DNA of 64,000 nucleotides, taken from the NCBI GenBank assembly GCA_051883455.1, contig JBJETT010000010.1, positions 3,886-67,885 on the forward strand, written 5' to 3'. This DNA is from Christensenellales bacterium. Its GTDB lineage: Bacteria > Bacillota > Clostridia > Christensenellales > UBA3700. The translations under genes were made by a program, and so were the position numbers. The notes below the pieces were generated by a model. That model was given only the letters and a program-made list of their open reading frames with translations, had not been told where the DNA came from and did no database searches. This document shows, in pieces, positions 57,093 to 64,000 of this stretch; positions within the stretch are counted from its first letter, which is position 1; every line of letters starts with the position of its first letter.

Positions 57093-58295
57093 ATGAAACC
57101 TTTTTTTGAGTCAGTTTTCAACTTTGACAAAGAGGTATCCAACATGGCTATTATTGCGCTAGACGGCGCAAAAGAATTGGGGGCGAAGGTTGACTATTAT
57201 CTCGTCAATCTCTACAACAACGATATCAAAAAGTATAACAAAAACGTCCCTGAAAAAAAGACCTTCTTGCTCAACAACGTATGTCCTAGATTTACTACGG
57301 GCGACGGCAAGGGTATGATCAACGATACCATTAGAGGTAAGGATTTGTTTATTCTCGTCGACGTGGGCAACTATTCTAAGACCTACAACATGTTTGGAGT
57401 GCTCAACAGAATGTCTCCCGACGACTATTACGCCGACCTCAAGCGTATCATATCGGCAGCGGGCGGTAAGGCAAAGTCTATGACGGTAGTTATGCCAAGC
57501 CTTTACGGTGGCAGACAGCATAGAAGAAACGCAAGAGAATCTCTTGATTGCGCTCAAATGCTTAGAGAATTGGAGACGATGGGCGTCAGCGGAGTTATCA
57601 CATTCGATGCACACGACCCTCGCGTTCAAAACGCCGTTCCTCTCATGGGCTTTGACAACTTCCTTCCTACCTACCAAATTCTCAAAGCTTTGCTCAAGGC
57701 TTATCCTGAGGTCAATATCGACAAAAACAACTTTATGGTTGTCAGCCCTGACGAAGGCGCAATGGGTAGAAACATCTACTACGCTTCGGTTTTGGGTATA
57801 GATTTGGGTATGTTCTACAAGCGTCGCGACACCTCTACGGTAGTCAACGGACGTAACCCTATCATAGCGCACGAATATATAGGTAACGACGTAAGAGATA
57901 AGGATATCTTCGTAGCAGACGATATCATCGCAACGGGCGACAGTATGCTCAAGCTTTGTACCGAACTCAAAGAGAGAGGCTGTGGCAAGATATTCCTTAC
58001 GGCAACCTATGCGCTGTTTACCGAAGGCGTAGAGAAATTCGAAAAGGCGTACAAGGACGGATTATTTACCGCCGTGCTCAGCACCAACCTCACCTACACG
58101 CCTGACGAAGTCAAGTCTAGACCTTGGTTCGTACAAGCAGATTTGTCCAAGTTTATGGCGTACATAATCGCTGCCGTTGACCAAAACAAGTCTTTGTCGA
58201 CCTTGCTTGACCCACATGACAAAATCAAAGAACTTATCGAGAAGTTCAATCAAAATAAACCACAACAACTTACTTTTGACGTGGACGAGGAGTAA
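57093..58295 (+). CDS. prs: Ribose-phosphate pyrophosphokinase
   Basis: RF..GDG, RQHRR, DAH, VSPDEGA and DDIIATG motifs. Confidence 0.93.
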   Translation: MKPFFESVFNFDKEVSNMAIIALDGAKELGAKVDYYLVNLYNNDIKKYNKNVPEKKTFLLNNVCPRFTTGDGKGMINDTIRGKDLFILVDVGNYSKTYNMFGVLNRMSPDDYYADLKRIISAAGGKAKSMTVVMPSLYGGRQHRRNARESLDCAQMLRELETMGVSGVITFDAHDPRVQNAVPLMGFDNFLPTYQILKALLKAYPEVNIDKNNFMVVSPDEGAMGRNIYYASVLGIDLGMFYKRRDTSTVVNGRNPIIAHEYIGNDVRDKDIFVADDIIATGDSMLKLCTELKERGCGKIFLTATYALFTEGVEKFEKAYKDGLFTAVLSTNLTYTPDEVKSRPWFVQADLSKFMAYIIAAVDQNKSLSTLLDPHDKIKELIEKFNQNKPQQLTFDVDEE

Positions 58296-58297
58296 TT

Positions 58298-58954
58298 ATG
58301 AGAATTCAATGGTTGGGACACTCTTGTTTCAAGCTCGAGGAATCGACGGGAACGACTGTTGTAGCAGACCCTTACGACCCGAAAAAGGTAGGCATTGACC
58401 TACCGAAAATCAAAGCAGACGTGGTGACGATATCGCACAATCACGCAGATCACAACTACACCGACAATATTGAGGATGGATATATCAAACTCAATCAAGC
58501 GGGACTGTGGGAAGTCAACGGAGTAGAAATCGTGTCTTTGCAGAGCTATCACGACGAGACCGACGGTGACAAAAGAGGAGAAAACTTTATCTTCAAATAC
58601 CGTATGGACGGAGTAGACCTCTGCCATATGGGTGACATAGGTGAGCCTAGCAATCCTATATTGGGAGAGTCTATCGGCTCGGTCAACGTATTGATGATAC
58701 CGGTTGGCGGTACTTATACTATCAACGCCGAGCAAGCAAAAGAATACGTAGATTTTCTTATGCCTGACGTAGTGATACCTATGCATTTTAAGACGCCGAG
58801 TAGCGAGATAGACGTCGACAAGATTGACGATTTTCTCGATTTGTTTGAAGAAGAGCAACTCATCAAGGTGGACGGAGATACCTTTGAGTTCGATAGAGAA
58901 TTTTTTGACGGCGAAAGTACCAAAGTTATAGTTTTTAACGAGAATAAGTTTTAA
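58298..58954 (+). CDS. MBL-fold metallo-hydrolase
   Basis: WLGHSCF, SHNHADH, HMGD and IPMH motifs. Confidence 0.9.
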   Translation: MRIQWLGHSCFKLEESTGTTVVADPYDPKKVGIDLPKIKADVVTISHNHADHNYTDNIEDGYIKLNQAGLWEVNGVEIVSLQSYHDETDGDKRGENFIFKYRMDGVDLCHMGDIGEPSNPILGESIGSVNVLMIPVGGTYTINAEQAKEYVDFLMPDVVIPMHFKTPSSEIDVDKIDDFLDLFEEEQLIKVDGDTFEFDREFFDGESTKVIVFNENKF

Positions 58955-59041
58955 TAATTTTACCCATCAATTTACAACAGAAGACGCTATGAGCCTCGAC
59001 GAGGCTCATAGAAGTCATTATTATATTATCAGGAGGTTTTT

Positions 59042-60589
59042 ATGCCCAAGAAGAAAGACGCATTGACCGAAGAAGAAATGAAAAACAAGATTTTTTCCGA
59101 GAAGGAGCTCTTTTCCTCAACAATTTTCGTTTTGAGAAGAATTGCTACGCTCAAATACGTCAAGTCGCCGACCAGCAAGAAAAAAGCCGAGTTGATAGAG
59201 GCCATTATCGACAAGCAAAAGCAGCAAGTCGAAGCGCAAAAGAGTGGCGAGCCTCGCGCAAAGGTGGTAAGACGCGAAGGTCGCTATTGTCAACCTCATG
59301 CGCCCGTCGTCAATCATAGAGAAGATAGTATTTTTCCTTTGCCACCCGTTAGACCGATTATGGTTGCCGACAGCAATAGAAGCTCGGATTTCGTCTATAG
59401 TCCTTTTAGTACCGAAGAGATGTTGGAGAGGGGCGAGTGCGAACGCAAGAGCGGTATTTTGGAGATACTTGCCGACGGCTACGGCTTTTTGAGAGCGGAA
59501 AACTGCGAGTACAGCAACAAGGACACCTACGTTTCCAATAAGATTATCAAGACGCTCGGCTTGAGAATGGGCGATATGGTGGAAGCTATTGCCAAGAAAA
59601 ACGCGGAGAACAAACCGCCTGCCGTCATCGAAGTAGAGAAAGTCAACGGACTTGCACCGACGAGTTTGCGCAACAGACCTAATTTTGACAAGATGACGCC
59701 TATCTATCCCGACAGTAGACTCAAACTGGAAGTTAGTGGCAAAAATAACGACTTTGCCATTAGATGTATAGATTTGATTGCTCCTATCGGCAAGGGGCAG
59801 AGAGCAATGATAGTATCTCCACCTAAGGCAGGAAAGACGACTTTGCTCAAAAAGATTGCCACCGCTATCACCGAAAACCACCCCGAAGTAGAACTGTTCG
59901 TATTGCTCGTAGACGAGAGACCGGAAGAAGTGACTGACATGCAGAGATCTATCAAAGGCGAAGTAATCTATTCCACCTTTGACGAGACGCCAGAGCATCA
60001 CTGCAAGGCGGCGGAACTATTGATAGAAAAAGCCAAGAGATACGTTGAAACGGGCAAGGACGTAGTAATAATTATGGACTCTTTGACCCGTCTTGCTCGC
60101 GCATACAATCTCACCGTTGCACCTACGGGCAGAACCTTGTCGGGCGGTATCGACCCGGGGGCTTTGCATCCGCCTAAGAGATTTTTCGGTAGCGCAAGAA
60201 ACATCGAAAACGGTGGCTCTTTGACCATTATCGCTACGGCGCTCGTAGACACGGGCAGTCGTATGGACGAGGTAATTTACGAAGAGTTTAAGGGTACGGG
60301 CAATATGGAGATTCACCTTGATAGAAAGCTCTCCGAGAGAAGAATTTTCCCTGCCATAGACCTCAATCGTTCTAGCACCAGAAGGGAAGATTTGCTCTTG
60401 TCGCCTCAAGAACTAAGCGGCGTATGGGCTATACGTAGAATGTTGTCTGGCGGAGAAAACGCCGAGATGACGGAGCAGCTCTTCAATATGATAGTTAGGA
60501 CTAAGACCAACGAAGAGTTTATCGACCAACTCACCAAACAGCTTGCAATAATGGAAAAGGAAGGATACAGCTTCCGCAAACCTAACTGA
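59042..60589 (+). CDS. rho: Transcription termination factor Rho
   Basis: GYGFLR, PPKAGKT, DERPEEVT, DSLTRLARAYN and FKGTGNME motifs. Confidence 0.97.
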   Translation: MPKKKDALTEEEMKNKIFSEKELFSSTIFVLRRIATLKYVKSPTSKKKAELIEAIIDKQKQQVEAQKSGEPRAKVVRREGRYCQPHAPVVNHREDSIFPLPPVRPIMVADSNRSSDFVYSPFSTEEMLERGECERKSGILEILADGYGFLRAENCEYSNKDTYVSNKIIKTLGLRMGDMVEAIAKKNAENKPPAVIEVEKVNGLAPTSLRNRPNFDKMTPIYPDSRLKLEVSGKNNDFAIRCIDLIAPIGKGQRAMIVSPPKAGKTTLLKKIATAITENHPEVELFVLLVDERPEEVTDMQRSIKGEVIYSTFDETPEHHCKAAELLIEKAKRYVETGKDVVIIMDSLTRLARAYNLTVAPTGRTLSGGIDPGALHPPKRFFGSARNIENGGSLTIIATALVDTGSRMDEVIYEEFKGTGNMEIHLDRKLSERRIFPAIDLNRSSTRREDLLLSPQELSGVWAIRRMLSGGENAEMTEQLFNMIVRTKTNEEFIDQLTKQLAIMEKEGYSFRKPN

Positions 60590-60592
60590 TGA

Positions 60593-60618
60593 ACGCGCGA
60601 CCTTAGGGTCGCGTTTTT
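60593..60618 (+). terminator. Intrinsic terminator
   Basis: CGCGACC-TTAG-GGTCGCG followed by T5. Confidence 0.8.
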
Positions 60619-60867
60619 ATAGTCACTGCCCACGTAAGGTGATTTGTTTTTCGTTGTAGAGGAAAATTGATTTAATTATTCTTTGCAGAGGCTCAAAAGT
60701 ACTTACAATTAGACTATTCGATAGTCACGGCAGTATATCATATCGTAGTCGTCTTTGTCGTTGATATAGTAGCAAAAATTTTTAATTTTTTTGAAATTAA
60801 TTTTTTAATTTGACATATATAGTCATATTATAGGTGGTATTATGCAAGTACAAAAGGAGAAAAAGTT

Positions 60868-61119
60868 ATGAATACCACACAAAAAAATAGATATCAAAGT
60901 TTAGAAGAATTTTTGGCAAAACTCAACGTCAAGGAGAGCCTTGACAAGACCGACAAAATGTTTTTGACGTCCATAGTCAAAAGACAACACCAGGTGCTTG
61001 CCGACCTAGTGCAATTTTGCAAAAAGTATCCTCAAGCCTTGGACAAGGATATCATAGGCGGACTATATTCGATATTTTCACTGCTAGACAATCAAGCTCA
61101 GTCTTTGATTTTTGGCTGA
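60868..61119 (+). CDS. Small hypothetical protein
   Basis: AAGGAG RBS; 83 aa, apparently helical; no recognised motif. Confidence 0.65.
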   Translation: MNTTQKNRYQSLEEFLAKLNVKESLDKTDKMFLTSIVKRQHQVLADLVQFCKKYPQALDKDIIGGLYSIFSLLDNQAQSLIFG

Positions 61120-61254
61120 CGATAGCAGGGAGCGAGTTTTTGGTCTAATATATTCTTCCTTTATTGGTGCAAGCCGATAGTCAATTAAATTTGACTATTG
61201 CGCTTGTATTTTTATTGTGTTATAATATTAATATTAAATATGTAGGAGAGCAAT

Positions 61255-63225
61255 ATGATTATATCGTCCGCAAAGATTAAGAAAGAAATTTTCGTTGACA
61301 ATTCGCATATCCAAAAGTCGGTATTAACCAACTTAATCACCGGTCGAGAGCTGACTTGCAACGGCTATGAGTTCGTAATTAGTTACACCATACCTAATAA
61401 GCTATTTGGCAAAAAAGCAAGCTTTACGAGTAGCGATATGACTATCGTAGAGACCCAAGACGAACATTATAGCTTGGAATATAGCGAGGCGAGCATTGAT
61501 TGGCAAATCAAACTTATTTATTGTCAAGACGACGCGTCGGGAGCTATCAAGAAAAATCTAGAAATTAGTTGTTCTAACCCCAACGTAGTTATCAACTACG
61601 TGGATATGGACAGCTTTGACGTTAGGGGTATCGAGCGTCAATGGACGATACCGCTTCCTAAGAGGAGAATATTGATACCGTCTTACATAGCTACTACGGG
61701 ACAGCCTTACTACGTGCAAGATATGTTTTTTGGCACGGAATTTCCAACGGCTGACAACCGCATAGTTGACGGTCAAACGCACGCAATATATCATATAGGC
61801 AGACCATTTAAGGATATTGCGCCGAGCGGTGTTTACGTGACCACGACCTTCGTTATGGGTAGCGGAATTGGCGTAGAATTCAACGAGATGCGTACGTCAT
61901 TTTTCCAATACGTATCGAGTTTTAGTCGTCCTGCGAGGTTTAGAGTGCAGTTCAACAGCTGGTACGACCACATGTTGGATATTACTAGCGATAAGGTAAA
62001 GAAGTCCTTTAGCGAGGTGGGCGAAGGCTTTGCCAAGGCGGGCTTTAGACCTTTGGACTGTTACGTAATCGACGACGGTTGGACGGACTATAAACGACCT
62101 GCATTTTGGGAATTTGACAAATCAAGCTTCGACAACGAGTTTTACAACGAAAGCGAGCTTACTAAGTCGCTCGGCTCTACCTTTGGCGTATGGTTTGGAC
62201 CTCGTGGCGGATATACTGCGCAGACCATCAAATACGCTAGGTTCCTTACCAAGCTTGGCTATCCTAATTGTAGACAGTCCTTTGATATTTGTACCGCCAA
62301 CCCTCGTTATATCAAGGATTTGTGCAATAGAATGGCTGATTTTTGCACAAAATACAACGTAAGTTACTTCAAGATAGACGGCTTTGCCATTACGCCTTGC
62401 AAGTCTTCTCGCCACGACCACCCAAAGGGCAAGGGTGACGGAATAGAATTTTATACCTTCTTGTGGGAAGAGTGGATTAAGGGCTTCGAGCATATCAGGA
62501 GCGTGCAGCCCGACGTCTTCCTCAATATCACGTCTTACGCGCATTGCTCGCCTTGGTTCCTCAAGTGGTGCGACGCGGTATGGATTAACAACTGCGGTGA
62601 TATGGGCTACGAGGGTAAGGGCACCAGCCTAAATAGATGCCTCAACTATCGTGATAGCGCTTACAAAGACTTCTTTGACGTAAGGCAGTTGCAATTCCCT
62701 ACGGCGTACATATACAATCACGAGCCTTGTTACGCCGAGCGCAACTACGACCCTCCTCTCCCTAACCCAAGCCACAAGACCGTGGTTTATACATACGAAG
62801 AGTTCGAACAGTATATGTACTTCTGTATGATGAGAGGCACGGGCTTTGTCGAAGTATATTTTAGCCCAAGTATGTTTGACGATAAGAGATGGGCTATCGC
62901 AGCCAAGACGCTTTCGTGGGCGGAAGAGAACTTCTCGGTTTTGCGCAACGCAGAGTTTTTCGGCGACAATCCAACCGAGGGCGGAATATACGGCTACTAC
63001 GCTATAGAGGGCAACAAGGCAATCATGTCTATAAGAAACTCTGACGACGTAGTTCACAGCTACACGCTCGTCAATAGCAAGAGATGCCACAGGGATAACG
63101 CTTACACCATAACGCAGTACTATCCTACCGCACAATTTTCGGCAGATGTGGCAAAGGGTGAAAACTTCGAGATTGAGTTGCAACCGTTCGAAGCCAAGAT
63201 ATTCTACATAACTCTAAAAGACTAA
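61255..63225 (+). CDS. GH36-like alpha-N-acetylgalactosaminidase / alpha-galactosidase
   Basis: FNSWYD, VIDDGW, FGVWFGPRGGY and nucleophile motif YFKIDG; no signal peptide. Confidence 0.75.
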   Translation: MIISSAKIKKEIFVDNSHIQKSVLTNLITGRELTCNGYEFVISYTIPNKLFGKKASFTSSDMTIVETQDEHYSLEYSEASIDWQIKLIYCQDDASGAIKKNLEISCSNPNVVINYVDMDSFDVRGIERQWTIPLPKRRILIPSYIATTGQPYYVQDMFFGTEFPTADNRIVDGQTHAIYHIGRPFKDIAPSGVYVTTTFVMGSGIGVEFNEMRTSFFQYVSSFSRPARFRVQFNSWYDHMLDITSDKVKKSFSEVGEGFAKAGFRPLDCYVIDDGWTDYKRPAFWEFDKSSFDNEFYNESELTKSLGSTFGVWFGPRGGYTAQTIKYARFLTKLGYPNCRQSFDICTANPRYIKDLCNRMADFCTKYNVSYFKIDGFAITPCKSSRHDHPKGKGDGIEFYTFLWEEWIKGFEHIRSVQPDVFLNITSYAHCSPWFLKWCDAVWINNCGDMGYEGKGTSLNRCLNYRDSAYKDFFDVRQLQFPTAYIYNHEPCYAERNYDPPLPNPSHKTVVYTYEEFEQYMYFCMMRGTGFVEVYFSPSMFDDKRWAIAAKTLSWAEENFSVLRNAEFFGDNPTEGGIYGYYAIEGNKAIMSIRNSDDVVHSYTLVNSKRCHRDNAYTITQYYPTAQFSADVAKGENFEIELQPFEAKIFYITLKD

Positions 63226-63309
63226 TAGACGCAAGAAACTACTAGATATACTTGTGTTTGACGGCAATTTTTGATACAATGATTGTCGAAAGAAAGTGTG
63301 GAGAACGAA

Positions 63310-64000
63310 ATGAAAAAATACAACAAGTTTTTATTTATTCTAATTTTGACTATTATACTTGCCACGACGGCAGTTGCTTGCAAGGATAAGGACGCCGACG
63401 GCTTGCTCAAACTTGCCAAACCTACCGAGCTTACTATCAACGGCAACGCCTTGACTTGGGCACCGGTTGAGGGCGCCGTCAAGTATTACGTCAAAGTCAA
63501 CGAAGAAGAGTTTGAAACGTCTTCTACCAGCTACAATATTCAAGTTAGCGAGATTGGCGTCTATACCGTCAAGGTCAGAGCTTACGGTGACGGCAAAAAG
63601 TACGGTAGTAGCGATTATAGCGACTCGATAGAATACGTCAAAGGAGAACTGCTAGCCAAGCCTGTCGTAACTCTAAGCGGCAACGTGGCTACTTGGAGCG
63701 CAGTGGAAGGTGCAGGAAGTTATTACGTCAAGGTCGTCAATAGAAGCGATAAGATTGTGGACGAGCAGACGATAGTTCAACCCATTTACGTATTTGAGGG
63801 AGAGAAGTATACGGATTTTGATGCCTACTCTATTACCGTTATCGCCAAGCCTACTTCCGACAACGTTACGGGTATACAATCCAAGGCAAGCGACGCCGTC
63901 AAATACGTCGTCAGCAAGACGCTATCCACTCCTGTGTGGAACAAGGTTACCTCTACCAGCGTTTGGTGGAATTCGGTAGAAGGAGCGTCTAAATACGAGC
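63310..64000 (+). CDS. Lipoprotein with fibronectin type III-like repeats; runs off the window end (absent from the ORF track)
   Basis: GGAG RBS; MKKYNKFLFILILTIILATTAVA-C lipobox; three W..VEGA..Y repeats; frame open to 64000. Confidence 0.85.
   Translation, partial: MKKYNKFLFILILTIILATTAVACKDKDADGLLKLAKPTELTINGNALTWAPVEGAVKYYVKVNEEEFETSSTSYNIQVSEIGVYTVKVRAYGDGKKYGSSDYSDSIEYVKGELLAKPVVTLSGNVATWSAVEGAGSYYVKVVNRSDKIVDEQTIVQPIYVFEGEKYTDFDAYSITVIAKPTSDNVTGIQSKASDAVKYVVSKTLSTPVWNKVTSTSVWWNSVEGASKYE

Noticed and set aside
58989-59011. Palindrome TATGAGCCTCG-A-CGAGGCTCATA upstream of rho
   Set aside because: It is a single copy with no T tract. It is most simply an mRNA hairpin, and nothing supports a more specific role.
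31924-63313. Identical 15-nt start region TGGAGAACGAAATGA at the LRR gene and the FN3 lipoprotein gene
   Set aside because: More than half of it is constrained by the RBS and ATG, so a chance match among this many genes is plausible.

Overview
A chromosomal window from a spore-forming Clostridia-type bacterium. The veg-SPOCS-ispE-spoIIR-sleB-ypeB cluster supports this; a gut Christensenellales-like lineage is my guess. Most of the window is housekeeping: metH, mscL, ymfI-like SDR, DEAD helicase, potABCD, tRNA-Ser(GCT), ktrBA, prs, rho and a GH36-like glycosidase. The standout is 6455-28975. It holds an orphan CiaR-like response regulator, with a near-perfect CiaR box at its own promoter and a perfect TTTAAG-N5-TTTAAG box in front of a 21-kb four-gene operon. 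That operon encodes a 2631-aa lipoprotein (about five tandem LolA/LppX-like modules plus Big_4-like repeats), two GLUG-head/MBG-stalk surface proteins (1841 and about 2389 aa) anchored without LPxTG, and a small lipoprotein. Other signals: a dispersed 26-bp palindrome, six genes with leaderless-mRNA promoter geometry, an XRE cassette flanked by duplicated double operators, and tRNA-Ser-linked tandem repeats that also carry inverted tRNA fragments. I saw no integrase, transposase, CRISPR array or prophage. All family calls come from motif recognition by eye; no searches were run.
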